The notes under the pieces were generated by a model. That model worked only from the letters and a program-made list of their open reading frames with translations, was not told where the DNA came from and ran no database searches. From assembly GCA_964187785.1 (NCBI GenBank), contig OZ076409.1, positions 38,876,001-38,940,000 on the forward strand: a stretch of 64,000 nucleotides of DNA, in the 5' to 3' direction. This DNA is from Amphiscolops sp. MND2022 (taxonomy: Eukaryota). The translations under genes and the position numbers were made by a program. Positions 1-11,855 of the stretch are shown piece after piece; position 1 is the stretch's first letter, and each line of letters starts with the position of its first letter.

Positions 1-180
1 TTTCTATGTTCTAGAATTTCTATGTTCTAGTTGTTCCTATGCCAATGACGTTGTTTTGCATGTTTTGATGCAAGTTTTCCCATAAGTCAAGAGTCACCCC
101 TGAGATGCACTTGAAGCCTGCCTGTGACTTTGAAGCTTCTCTGTGTTATCTAACGTTTTTAAATTCCAGGTAACAGGTTC

Positions 181-563
181 TGAAATCAGCTATAGATTTT
201 CGGCTTTTCTATAGATCGTTTGAGAGTCAAAGAATCAATTGAATATGGCTATATACGGTCGCAAAATGAATCAAACAATGCATATAAAAATACGATACAA
301 CTGACAAAAGATCAAATAATATTAGTCAACAAAAATAACAACAGTAAACATAAATAGCAAGGCCTTTTCTCAAGGTTATTTTACTGAAATGATGAAAATA
401 TTTAGATCTTATTTCCGAAATAGGAAATATTTTACCTGTCCGGGAATTGAACCCAATCCGAACGCCTTTTGTAATATTCGAATGCCAACGCATTAACCAC
501 TAAGCTATAGCGCCGCTGAAAAGATCAATTTCTGTTTACTTTTATTCTTATTGCTTGCCAACA
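181..563 (-). repeat. 3' LTR of BEL/Pao element (383 bp)
   Basis: Bounded by TSD and PPT; direct repeat of 7544-7865. Confidence 0.9.
435..514 (-). promoter_or_regulatory. tRNA-like Pol III A-box/B-box cassette inside the BEL LTR (second copy 7737-7816)
   Basis: Minus strand reads GGCGCTATAGCTTAGTGGTTAATGCG...GGGTTCAATTCCCGG; A box TAGCTTAGTGG, B box GGTTCAATTCC; no convincing acceptor stem. Confidence 0.6.
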
Positions 564-690
564 TCCTCCGGGCCCAAGAAGATGTGGAGAAACGGATCAA
601 TCAAACAAAAACTTATTTTTTACATGTTACATGAAATATAATAATGATAATAATGTAAATAATGTACGGTGAAATGAAGCAAAAACAAAG

Positions 691-3566
691 TTATATAGTT
701 TGTTCGGGAATGGGGAGAACGGGAGCGAGCTTGACAACTGGGCGAACAAGGTTTCCGGTAGAGGTCTTGACTTCAGCTGAACGGGCGATGGCGTCGGTGC
801 CGTAGTTTAACTTCACTACACGACCAAGTGGGTAGTGTCCTCTTGGAGCGGTAGGTTCGACTAGCCAAACGAGATCTCCGGTCTTCAGATCTCGGTCTGA
901 CGACTTGGACCATTTCGAGCGACGGTTGAGGTTTGGAACGTACTCCTTGAGCCAACGATTCCAAATTGCGTCTGAATACGCTTGAGCTCGAACGTATCGC
1001 TTTCGATGGTCTATTTCGGGGCGGAAGTGTGATGGCAATGTTGAACTTGCAGTTCCAAGGAGAAAGTGGTTTGGTGTAAGAGCGTCGAGATCAGTAGCTT
1101 CAGGGCTCACGGGAGTGATTGGGCGAGCATTGAGACATTGTTCTACCAAGCAGAACGTGGTCGTCAAGATTTCGTCTGTCAAACGGCGGTTTCCAAGAAT
1201 GGCATAGAAAACGTGCTTGAAGCTACGAACTAGGCGTTCCCAAACACCTCCGTGATGGGGAGCACTTGGTGGGTTAAACTTCCACTTTATGCCTTTCTTT
1301 ACAAGTGTTTCTCCGAGGACTTGCTGGTTCCAGTTGTTGATGTTGGACAAAAGTTCTTTCTCGCTAGCAACGAAGTTTGTTCCATTGTCGGACCAGATTA
1401 CTGATGGGATTCCACGACGGGCACAAAATCTTTCTATTCCCATCACACAGCTACTGGTGTCCATGCTAGGAACTACTTCAAAGTGAACCGCGCGAGTCGT
1501 TAGACATGTGAAAAGGAAACCCCAACGTTTTTCAGTGGACCGCCTCACGGTTACAAAGAAGGGTCCAAAATAGTCCACACCAGTGTTCGCGAAAGGGGGT
1601 TCTTTGAAAGCAAGTCTTTCTCGCGGGAGGTCCGCCATCACTGGAGTAACAGTTTCAACTCTTCGCTTACGGCAAGTGACACACCTCGAAACTATTGTTC
1701 TCAAAGTTGCTCGCAGTTTGATCACGGCAAGACGTTGCTGTATCAAAGCGCGGAGGTACTCAACGCCTTGATGACAATGTCGGACGTGCGTGTGTTCCAA
1801 CAAGAGTCGAACCAAGGGATGTCGGGCGTCCAAAAGAATGGGGTACTTCACATCGAATGTTGCACCGTCAAGGTTTCTTGTTCGACCAGAGGTTCTGAGG
1901 AGCCCGTTGGGTCCTATAAAGGGAGAAAATTGGGCAAGTTTGGAAGTTTTACTGAGCGGAGTTGACTTCAGCAAATTACTTCTTTCAACTTGGAATGATT
2001 CTGCCTGAGTCAGGTAGAAAAGACGTTGTTCGGCATTATCAAGTTCGGCCGGATCCATAATGGCACCTGTGTCTGTCCTGTATTCGCTGTTTCTTGGTAA
2101 GAGCCGCAAAACATAGGCTGCAATGCGCAGGAGTTTCTCGTATGAGCAATACTTCTGCCACTCGAAAGTTTTTGCAATTGCAACTTGGGTTTCGCACAGT
2201 ATTGACGAAGAGTCTGTAACTAGTTTGTCAGTCGGATCCGGTTTCACTTGTTTCAGTTTCTGTCGGAAGTCTTCAGATGGCCTGAAGGGCCATTGGTTTG
2301 TTTTCAAGAAGTCGGGGCCTTTTAACCAACTACTTTGCAGGAGCGTCTTGGCAGACAAACCTCTAGTTCCGGCGTCAGCAGGGTTGTCGGCGGATTGAAC
2401 ATGGTACCACTCATCTGCAGTTGTCAGTTCGAGTATCTCTGCAACACGGTTTGCAACGAACACCGGCTGTTTCTCAAGAGAATGTAGCCACTGAAGGACC
2501 GTAGTACTGTCAGTCCACATAAATGTTCTTTCAATCTGCAAAGTGAGCGCGCGTTGCACTTCGTTTCTCAATCTTGCGGCGAGTAACGCGGCTTGCAGTT
2601 CGAGTTTGGGAATGGTCAGTGCTTTCATTGGCGCAACTCGTGCTTTGCCAAACACAAAGGCTATTTCAGTAGAACAACCGTCTCCAGTGTTGACTTTCCC
2701 TCTGAGGAAAGCTACGGCACTAAAGACATCTTGCGAACTGTCACCAAACATATGTAACTCCAAACACTCGATATTTTGCTGGAAGTAACTTCTTGGGATC
2801 ACGAGTTCACTAAGAGTTCCCAGTTCAGAACGCCAGTCCAGAAACTTGGTTACAATGTCCTCCGGGAGAAGGTCATCCCATTTCTGGCCGCTCAGTCTCC
2901 ATATGTCTTTCAGCAGAAGTCGGGCTTTCACGGTGTACGGTGCTACGAGCCCAATGGGGTCGTACACGGCGGAGACGAGGCTGAGAACAACTCGTTGGGT
3001 AACAGTTCGGTTTGTGTCGGGAGTGGTGCCTCGGCTAACAACAAGTGTATCCGAGACGTGGTTCCATTTGAGGCCAAGTACGTGCGATGATTCCTCAGTT
3101 GTCGGTAACTGTTTACCATCGTTGGGTTGGCACTCAGAATTTGGTTCGATTTGTTGCAAGATGTTTCGGTCATTAGACACAAACTTCGTTAACTTGAATC
3201 CACCCAGCGAAAGCAATTTCACTAAGTCTTTGGCTTTCTGGGTAGCTTCGTCGGCAGTGGGGCTAGACTCGAGGTAGTCGTCCATGTAGAAATTAGTCTG
3301 CACGCTTTGAGCGGCTTTCGGGAATTTGTCGGCGTTGTCGGTTGCGGTCCTCTTCAGAGCGTAATTTGCGCAAGTCGGGGAGTCCTTCGACCCGAAGATG
3401 TGTCTTACGTACTGAAAAACAGCAACTTCAGTTGATGGATCCTCCCGCCACAAAAAACGAATTGACGGTTGGTCTTTCGGTATAACTCCCACTTGTAAGA
3501 ACATGCCTTCAATGTCGGCGGACACGGCCTTGGGGAATTGACGGAATCTGAAGAGGATATGGATCA
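691..3566 (-). CDS. BEL/Pao polyprotein C-terminal part: RT (YMDD), RNase H, integrase (HHCC, DDE); continues upstream ORF after a 1-bp frameshift
   Basis: ADIEGMFLQV, FYMDDYL, FGDSS, TIPKLEL, WTDS, NPADAGTRG, GVDYFGP, SDNGTNF, GGVWERLV, LTPNHFL, RPVVKLAP. Confidence 0.93.
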
Positions 3567-6500
3567 ACTTTGCAGTAGATCTGGACCGGTTAGAAGGGCG
3601 TTGTTCAAAGAGTGTCCATGGAACTTTGCAGCACCATTGAGAACTCTTCTCACTTTGCCGGGTTTGTGTGGGTGTAGTACAGGGTGATGTGGCAAGTACC
3701 ACTCACGACGGTTATCGGTACGGAAACATTCGGACTTATCGACTCGAACGATATACCCTTTTTCGAAGTCCTCTCTGATTGTCTTGCTGTAGCTCTCTTT
3801 CAGTTGAGGATCTTTTCCGAGGCGGCGTTCTAACGACTTAAGTTGTACAAGAGCCGAGAAGTAGTTGTTCGGCAACGTACTTTCTTCGTCGGCCCACAAC
3901 ATTCCAACTTGGTAACGGCAGCCATCGTTGAATGTCGTCTCTTCGAGGATTTTCATCGCTCGCGCATCGGCTGCGGAGCGAGGGTCAACTTGCTTGTAGG
4001 CACCATATGACTCAATGTCGTACCAGCTGCGAAGTTGTTCGGCAAGAATAGAATCCTTCTCTGAGCTAGTGACAGCTTTGAAACAAGTCGAGAAAAGACC
4101 CGTGGTGGAAGGAAGCGGACCACTCAGTACCCAACCCAACGGTGAACGGACGGCTATTGGAGTATTCGGACGGTCGGTTTCGAAGTACTCCAATGGGCGG
4201 ATACAGTGGAAGACATCCTGACCAAGGATCATCTCTACGTCTGAATAGCTGTACTTGCTGAGGGGGATCGGCTCCAGATGCGGGTAAGTCGTTTTCAGTT
4301 TGTCAACGTCGATAATGTCGTTTCCAACTTTCAAATCATCTCGGACGTAAGGAGTGACAGGAAAAGATGAACAAGAGCCACCCGAATGAACGGGTGTCAA
4401 CTTAAGCTCAACCGTTTCCGTGTCGATCAGTTGTTGGGAGTTTATCCCATGTACGGTTAACTTGGTTGCTGAGCCCTTAACTTGTAGCTTGTCGGCTAAT
4501 CTTCTCGAGATCCATGAATGACTACAAGCTGAGTCACATAGAGCAAGAATTTTAGCAGAGCTCGACGGCGATGTCAATTCGACTTCTGTTATTTGCAACA
4601 AGCCTTTGACGTCGGTTACGGAAGGCATGCCGGAGCTTTCGCTGCCAGTTTGTCTTTGGCTGACCTTTGTCGTTTTACTTTGAGAATTTTTCGCGTCGCC
4701 GGGACTTTTCTGTGGAAAAATTCTGTCGGAGCCGTGAAGTAAGGTGTTATGAGAGCTGCTACAGCCGTCTTTGGTGCATTTTCTTGGTTGCGGGCATTGC
4801 CGGAATGAATGTCCTTCGTTGAGACAAGAAAAGCAGAGTTTGCTCTCAGCGGCAAGCTTGGTTCTCTCTGTCGGAGTTTTTTGGCGGAACACTCTACAAC
4901 GCCAAAGCGGGTGACTGTCTTTGCACGCTACACATTGTTTCTCACTTTTAACCTTGCTAGCGCCGTTTCCTTGGTTACTGGTGGTCGCCGCAAAGACCTT
5001 GGTTCCTGTTTTGGTCTTGGTTACGGTAGCGACAGGAACTTCTTCGGATCTTGGTTTACTGGAGGCGGCTTTCATTCTTTCGTGTGCCTCTGCCTTCTCC
5101 TTTAGCCAATCGTTAAAGTGAATCAAAGTCGGTCGATCCAGATTCCGTTTGACGGTGTTCATCGACCACGCTTCCTTCAAATTTGGTGGAAGTTTTTGAA
5201 CCGCTTGGCCCAGGAGAGAAGCACTCGACAGATCCTGCAGGTAGTTCAAGGATCTGAAAACACCAACCAGTGAGGAGACTGTGGCAGAATAGCTGATGAT
5301 ACTGTCGCTATTGTGCATCTTTACTGGCGGATAGCTTGCGAGTTTGTCGAGGTAAGCACTAACAACAGTCTGAGGTTGCCCAAACTTTCGTTCCAACGTT
5401 TTCAACGCGTCTTTGTACATAGTACCACAATATGCAAACTCGGCTATAGCAGTTTTTGCCTTACCGGACACCAATGTCTTCAAGTAGGTCAGTTTCACGT
5501 CATCGGTAAGGGGCGCTGAATCGATGGCACTCTTGAACTGGCCAAACCACTCGTGCCATTGAAGTGGATCTCCACTGTACTGGGCCAGTTTCCATTCAGG
5601 GAGGTGATCCCTTTTCGAGGACGCTAACAGTTGCGCAAGATCTTGGATAGTGAAACTGGTAGTAGCAGGTTGCGGTACAGTGACGAATGGGGGAGTTGCC
5701 AACAGTGTTGCTGTTGAAGGAACGGCCGGGAAAGTAGTCGGTACTGGTGCGCTGCTCGGTGCGGGCACAGTTGCAAGAGACGTCGGGTTAATATAGTATA
5801 CTGTTCCTCCAGCGGTGACTGGGATAACAGGCGAAGCTGTTGGAGTGACACTAGTAGCCGGTAAAACTGTCGGAAACACAGTGGCGCTTGAAGTTACGGG
5901 GGTTACTGTGACGGGCGGGTTACTTGGTCCTGTCGGAAACGTCCAGGCTGATAAATTCGGAAGAACATGACTTGCGGGAACGGTGACTGTTGAAATCGGA
6001 ATTGACGTGGCGGTTGCCAAAGGAGCTGAGGCTGAAGCAGTTACCGATGGAGCATTTGTCCCCTGAAGCGTTGTGGTCGACTGGGGAACCTGGACGTGGC
6101 CAGTGTTTGGTAGGTAAACTATTGAAGCTGGTCCTGTAGCTGGAGGCATATTGTTAGTCGTCGAAGCGGTTGGCGTTGTTGTAGGAGCTCCTCTGTTGAC
6201 TGAATTTTGTGCTGCGGTAGTGACGATAACGACGTTCGGTTCCAAAATAACGGTGTTTGTGGGATCACTTGCACTAGCAACGGGTGAATTGTTAACCCAC
6301 TCGCTGACTCGGACAGTGTCGTCGGCTTTAGTCGAAGCCGCTAGTTGTGAAACTGTGTCTAGAAACTCCGATTGAGAGTCCGACAAGTCCTCAGTTAGTT
6401 CAAGCTCGGTGAGTGTTGCTTCAGCTAGTTTCTTTCGGTTTTCTTCTTCTAACTGTTCAACTCGAAGTGCTTGTTCTTTCTTAAGTCGGTCGGTTCTCAG

Positions 6501-7061
6501 TCTAAGGAGTTCCTGTTCTTCCTGTAGACGTTCGAGTTCCAGTTCCTGCTGTTGCTTTGCAATTCTAAGGGCGGCTTCGTTTTGCCTTTCTATCTCCTCC
6601 TCACGTTGCTTAGCAATTAGCAAGTCTCTTTGTCGTTGACTGGAGGTTCTCGATTGTCTAGATGTTCTTGAAGCAGACGTTTTGCTTGGTTGCTTGCTCT
6701 GGGTGACAGTCGTTGACGATTGAGATGCTCCATCGACTAGTGGGCATTGATCGATGTAATCGCGAGCCTTCTTTAAAATCTCATCGTTTCGAGTGGTCAC
6801 TTCATTCAACCAAGTTTCCAAATCTTGTTTAACAAGTGATGGGTCTTCTGTTTTGCCAGCGAGTTCGAAAAGTTGTTCATGTTTGGCAAACAGTTTAGTC
6901 ATCGCTTCATCGCAGGAAGTAACAAGTCTTTCAACTCGGACACGTCTATCGTTGTTCTCCACGGCATCTTGAACTTTTTCTTGCAATTTTTGTAACTCCG
7001 TCTCAGCTTTGGCACGACTTTCGAAAAGTTTTCTAACTTTGTCTTGTCTCGTGTCGGTCAT
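3564..7061 (-). CDS. BEL/Pao polyprotein N-terminal part: Gag (coiled coil, capsid-like LPEWKLAQYSGDPLQW region, three Cys/His knuckles), aspartic protease (LCDSAC), start of RT
   Basis: 1165-aa ORF; CVACKDSHPLWRC, CFSCLNEGHSFRQC, CTKDGCSSSHNTLLH; WYLPHHPV...KVRRV...SLNNALLTGPDL typical of Pao RT. Confidence 0.93.
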   Translation of the reverse strand: MTDTRQDKVRKLFESRAKAETELQKLQEKVQDAVENNDRRVRVERLVTSCDEAMTKLFAKHEQLFELAGKTEDPSLVKQDLETWLNEVTTRNDEILKKARDYIDQCPLVDGASQSSTTVTQSKQPSKTSASRTSRQSRTSSQRQRDLLIAKQREEEIERQNEAALRIAKQQQELELERLQEEQELLRLRTDRLKKEQALRVEQLEEENRKKLAEATLTELELTEDLSDSQSEFLDTVSQLAASTKADDTVRVSEWVNNSPVASASDPTNTVILEPNVVIVTTAAQNSVNRGAPTTTPTASTTNNMPPATGPASIVYLPNTGHVQVPQSTTTLQGTNAPSVTASASAPLATATSIPISTVTVPASHVLPNLSAWTFPTGPSNPPVTVTPVTSSATVFPTVLPATSVTPTASPVIPVTAGGTVYYINPTSLATVPAPSSAPVPTTFPAVPSTATLLATPPFVTVPQPATTSFTIQDLAQLLASSKRDHLPEWKLAQYSGDPLQWHEWFGQFKSAIDSAPLTDDVKLTYLKTLVSGKAKTAIAEFAYCGTMYKDALKTLERKFGQPQTVVSAYLDKLASYPPVKMHNSDSIISYSATVSSLVGVFRSLNYLQDLSSASLLGQAVQKLPPNLKEAWSMNTVKRNLDRPTLIHFNDWLKEKAEAHERMKAASSKPRSEEVPVATVTKTKTGTKVFAATTSNQGNGASKVKSEKQCVACKDSHPLWRCRVFRQKTPTERTKLAAESKLCFSCLNEGHSFRQCPQPRKCTKDGCSSSHNTLLHGSDRIFPQKSPGDAKNSQSKTTKVSQRQTGSESSGMPSVTDVKGLLQITEVELTSPSSSAKILALCDSACSHSWISRRLADKLQVKGSATKLTVHGINSQQLIDTETVELKLTPVHSGGSCSSFPVTPYVRDDLKVGNDIIDVDKLKTTYPHLEPIPLSKYSYSDVEMILGQDVFHCIRPLEYFETDRPNTPIAVRSPLGWVLSGPLPSTTGLFSTCFKAVTSSEKDSILAEQLRSWYDIESYGAYKQVDPRSAADARAMKILEETTFNDGCRYQVGMLWADEESTLPNNYFSALVQLKSLERRLGKDPQLKESYSKTIREDFEKGYIVRVDKSECFRTDNRREWYLPHHPVLHPHKPGKVRRVLNGAAKFHGHSLNNALLTGPDLLQS

Positions 7062-7543
7062 CTTTGTCGTGATCTTTTGTTAGAAAGTAAATTGAAGTAG
7101 CGAGAAACGGGTTACTCAAGGTAGGTAGAGGAATGATCTCTTTGACAGCGTCAACCAAGCAATTAAGCCTAGACACAGCTGACCGAAAGAGATTCGGGTT
7201 AACAATAAGGGTGTTGAGTTGATGGAAGCTGTATCTTGCGATAACAGCAACGGTATGGAAATAATTCGATTTTTTGTTTTTAAAAGTAGTAACAAGACAC
7301 AGAAAGAAGTTACATGTGACGAGACGATGATTTAAAAACACGCTCTTCCCGAAAGGATGATGGTTCGTCCAATATTAAGTGCTGAAGGGGCGGAAGAAGG
7401 CCGAAAGAACTTCAACCAGACAATAAAGTCTGGACACCGTCCAAACGGCAGGAATAAAGACGGGGAGTAGACTTCTGAGTGTCAACCGGACAGTTAAGTC
7501 CGGACACAACTCAAGAAGACGGGTAAACTACTGTAGAAACTTC

Positions 7544-7865
7544 AATATGGCTATATACGGTCGCAAAATGAATCAAACAATGCATATAAAAATACGATAC
7601 AACTGACAAAAGATCAAATAATATTAGTCAACAAAAATAACAACAGTAAACATAAATAGCAAGGCCTTTTCTCAAGGTTATTTTACTGAAATGATGAAAA
7701 TATTTAGATCTTATTTCCGAAATAGGAAATATTTTACCTGTCCGGGAATTGAACCCAATCCGAACGCCTTTTGTAATATTCGAATGCCAACGCATTAACC
7801 ACTAAGCTATAGCGCCGCTGAAAAGATCAATTTCTGTTTACTTTTATTCTTATTGCTTGCCAACA
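7544..7865 (-). repeat. 5' LTR of BEL/Pao element, lacking its last ~61 bp
   Basis: Matches 242-563 at offset 7302; no counterpart of 181-241 and no TGG primer-binding site next to it. Confidence 0.88.
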
Positions 7866-8280
7866 GGTTCTCACGGTTCCGAATATCACGTTCCGAAATT
7901 TCCGAATTTCACGATTTTTCTACAACCATGAAACTTAGTGGAAATTGCTCCAAGAGATCGACGCTCTGTAACAGAGTACAAATAACATCGCTGCTATCAA
8001 CACTTGACCTATAATTCAAGTAGTGAGAAGTATCTTCTATCAAGTAACCACAAGGTTTGCCAAGTAAGCATCAACAAAACATGCTTTTCCCAACCCTTTC
8101 AACTTCAACACATTTTTCTGAACCTACGGATCTCAAATTAAATTGTATGGTATCTTTTCATGAACGCTGTTAATTCAAAGGAATACGAGGACATTTCCGC
8201 CTTCCCATTTGGCCACGTAAAATGCCTGAAAAGACCTAACTTGCTACCGACGTGATTATATGAAAGTATCATTACTGAAC

Positions 8281-9340
8281 AAACAAGACTGGAACGTCCA
8301 AATGTGGCACTGAGTCTAAGGCTCAAAAAGCGCAGTTTTTAAAATTTGCGTTGAACATTTCCCACCTAACAAAACGCAATATAGTTCGGATTTAATTTCA
8401 AAAATTGGGATATAGCGCTTCACTTCGAATATTAAGTCAAAATTCGCATAGTATTGAAAAAAATATTGGATATATTTTCAACAAAACCTAATATCAGACA
8501 AAAATGAGAATTTTGAACAGTCTCATAGTGCCGAAAAATTTGAAAGAACCACTCTTTGGGATTTTTTAACATTCATTAGTTCGCAAAATATCAAAAAACC
8601 GAAGGGGACCCTTTGAAGACATTAAATAGAAATTCAAAAAAGTCACTTTTTCAGGCGGAAATGAGGTTTTCGAAACAGTCTCATAGTGCCGAAAAATTTG
8701 AAAGAACCACTCTTTGGGATTTTTTAACATTCATTAGTTCGCAAAATATCAAAAAACCGAAGGGGACCCTTTGAAGACATTAAATAGAAATTCAAAAAAG
8801 TCACTTTTTCAGGCGGAAATGAGGTTTTCGAAACAGTCTCATAGTGCCGAAAAATTTGAAAGAACCACTCTTTGGGATTTTTTAACATTCATTAGTTCGC
8901 AAAATATCAAAAAACCGAAGGGGACCCTTTGAAGACATTAAATAGAAATTCAAAAAAGTCACTTTTTCAGGCGGAAATGAGGTTTTCGAAACAGTCTCAT
9001 AGTGCCGAAAAATCTCAAAGGAGGACCCTTTGGGATTGTTAACATTCATTTTGCTGCAAAATATCAAAAAATGGAAGGGGGACTTTTTGGAGACGTTGAA
9101 AAGATTTCGACAAAAAGTACCACACTACCGTAAAAAATCGAGAAGTGGGACTCTTTAGTCTCATCCGGTTTTGTAGGTTACGTTAAAAAAGAAAACATGA
9201 AAGGGGGCCCTCACACTAGTATTCCGCTAGACGGATTAGTAGTTTAGTAGTTTTAGCAGTTTCTGTAAAGAGTGGACCTTCCAGTGTGAAGTCTAGTTTG
9301 GAGAAAAAAGCAATGTCATAAATAGACTGCGATACAAAAA
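8281..9340 (+). mobile_element. Non-autonomous Helentron/DINE-like repeat with internal 158-bp tandem array
   Basis: 5' end AAACAAGAC.GGAACGTCC shared with copies at 15604, 19588 and 45135; unit anchor TCTCATAGTGCCGAAAA at 8521, 8679, 8837, 8995; 3' end degenerate. Confidence 0.6.
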
Positions 9341-10940
9341 GAATTACTCCGGATCCAATGTGAGTGTTTCAAGATAGGATCTTGAAAAACATTTGGTAAG
9401 AAAACTTTTTCCTGGTGATAGATTCTAGAAGGACATCGGAAGGTGAAACGTTTGGTGAGAACACTAAACGCGAGGTTGCGCAAACAGAATCGAATTGTTT
9501 TTTGTCGGACTGTCCACAATTTTGTCCAAACACCGAACCAAAAAAGAAAGAATGGAAAAGCTAGTTGTGAATATAACAGCGAACCTAAGAGTTCAGAAGC
9601 TGCACTTTCAAAAGAAACTCTTGTTTCAGACATTGATCCCAAGCAACCGGAAAACGTACATGTATTCCCATAACGACTCCCATATATGGACGATTCATTG
9701 TTCTTCCTTCATGTAAATTTGGCTGAACTTTTTAGTGTAGAGTTTTTAAATATACATGTACTGGTTGTATTAACGTTTGTATCTTAAATAGCTTTGAAAA
9801 GGGAACCAGAGAAAACTAACACAATTGAAGAAGTTTATTCTGTCAAAAGAAATAAATTGAATCAACAGCTAGTGGGAAAATTACCTCATAAACGTGATAA
9901 CTTCGATTCGATTCGAACATGACTTGGTTCACGTGGTTTTCGCTGTAATTCTGGCAAATTATTAATGCTTTCATCAAGTCACTCTAATGTGATATAAGAT
10001 CAAAACTTCCGATCCATTAAGATCTAGTTAGATTTAATTTAGATCACAGAAATTTCGTTACTTTAGAAACTCAGTTTCAGACTCCACAACTTTTGGATTT
10101 GGCGACTCGGGTGGGACCCCCAAGCAGCCGTGGGCGGGGGGGGGGATATTGCAGTAGGAATGAGAAACAAGGTTCAAATACCATAATCGTTTGTTTTGAA
10201 ATTTTGGTCCAATAGAATAATTGATGCCGACATAATCCTTTTCTTTACATTGACTGCCAGTTAAAAGTTGCACATAGGATTTTGTGGCGGAGAAAATTTG
10301 CAAACATGATCCCTCGGGCATAGGAGGGAATTCTCTGAAAAATGTTTGTTCTTCAGAATTTCTTCTCATTTTGGTTTGTTTGGTTGATTTATTACTCCAA
10401 GGGCATTGGTCAATCACATTGTACATTTCTTGAAGCGAGAGAATTTTAAAGATTTTCTTGACTGAATAATTGCTCTTTTGAGAGTAGAAATTGTTTGACA
10501 ACCGCTTTAGCTTATAAATAAAATTGACTTCGATGCCGTTTTGGGTATTTGGAAGGTTACAAAACTAAAAACTGACATTTTAACAAATACAAACAGTTTT
10601 CGCCTGAAGTGTTCTGAAAGTCATATTGAAGGTGGAGTTTTAAAATGGTTTCTTCGCAGTTTGATACTACAACGGATGGCCATCAATATTTCGTCCAGAA
10701 ATCCGGCTTACGGCCCATCTGAAGTAATGATACACAATTTAAATTTAAAATTCAAAGAAATTGGGTTTAAAAAATGTGCAAATTTTGTACTAAATGTAAC
10801 AAAAGGTTTACAGCGAAGATTTATCAATTCTGGGGAGGAATAGTCAATTTGCGATGAACTTAGTAGAGGTCTCTACTAAGTTCATCGCAAATTGACTATT
10901 CCTCCTCAGAATTGATAAACCTTTGCTGTGAAAACTTCTG

Positions 10941-11855
10941 TTACATGTCGCAATCTTGGTCTGTGGCCTGGGAGTCTGTCGAGATTTCCCTATTCAAACC
11001 TTTTTGACTGCTGAATTTTAGATTCGATCTAATGTTGTTTTGTTGGTCTTGCGGGCCTAAATGCTCTCCTGAGCTATTGTCCGGTCTAGTGGACCTGTGG
11101 GCCGATACACCGTTATAGCGTTTGGAGCCTTCGTCTGGCCCCGTAGACCTGTAGTCCACTTGACCACTTTGGTCTTCTGGGTTCTCATTCGGTCTAGTGG
11201 ACTGGTGGTCGATCTGACCTGAATAGACTCTAAGGCCCCTATCTAGTCCTCTGGACTGGTGGGTCATGTGACCAGATCGATCTCTACGGCCCTGGCTATT
11301 TGGTCCTATGGACCAGTAGTCCACTTTATTGGAATGATCTCTAAGGCCCTCATTAAGTCCTTGGGACTGGTGGTCCATATGGCTAAAATGATCTCCGGGG
11401 CTCCTGTCTAGACTACCGGACTGTGGGTCCCTAATTAGGCTTGATCCCGAATTTTGGACTCCTAGCACGTTTTGTATGCTAGGAAGTACCTTTTCAGCAA
11501 TTGCTGAGATGATAACTTCTGAAATCTGTGAATTTAAGTCACTTCTAATCTCATCTAGTTTCCTGGTCACCAGGGTCGTGATTTCATTATTTATTAACTT
11601 TGCAGGCTCAATGGTATTTTCACTGTTTTCCGGACTATTTGTATTATTTAATGACCTGAAGTCCTTGCTGGTAGGATTTGCAGTTTAAAGACCATTAGAC
11701 TCAAGGTCTAGCTCAGTCTCCCTATCTCCTAACTTACTGTCTAACTCATTTCTAGAGTAATTTCCTAACATTATATCCACTTTCTCTAAGTCGGACATCC
11801 CGTCCGATTGCCTTGACCTTTTCTCCTCAGCCTTTTGCTTCCTGGTTGAAGGCAT
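10941..11855 (-). pseudogene. Gag N-terminal segment encoded within the solo LTR, with 18-aa repeats and one in-frame TAA (11685-11687)
   Basis: MPSTRKQKAEEKRSRQSDGMSDLEKVDIMLGNYSR...VTRKLDEIRSDLNSQI...VLPSIQN aligns by eye with Gag at 49359. Confidence 0.85.

Larger units (their letters stand above)
181..7865 (-). mobile_element. BEL/Pao LTR retrotransposon, near full length, recent insertion
   Basis: TG...CA termini; GGTTC target-site duplication at 176-180 and 7866-7870; LTR sequence 242-563 repeated at 7544-7865 with no difference I could see; PPT-like GGGCCCGGAGGA abutting the 3' LTR (564-575, minus); gag-PR-RT-RH-IN order. Confidence 0.95.

Noticed and set aside
435..514. Functional tRNA gene
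   Set aside because: A and B boxes present but no convincing acceptor or anticodon stem; kept only as a promoter-like cassette
1289..6639. Short plus-strand ORFs over the BEL polyprotein, and similar shadow ORFs over gag/pol and the antisense gene
   Set aside because: Opposite-strand or alternative-frame shadows with no recognisable motifs
8500..9060. CRISPR-like array
   Set aside because: Whole 158-bp units are repeated with no unique spacers; eukaryotic context, no cas genes
10794..10946. Hairpin telomere or protelomerase site
   Set aside because: Better explained as the centre of a longer fold-back repeat; no resolvase gene
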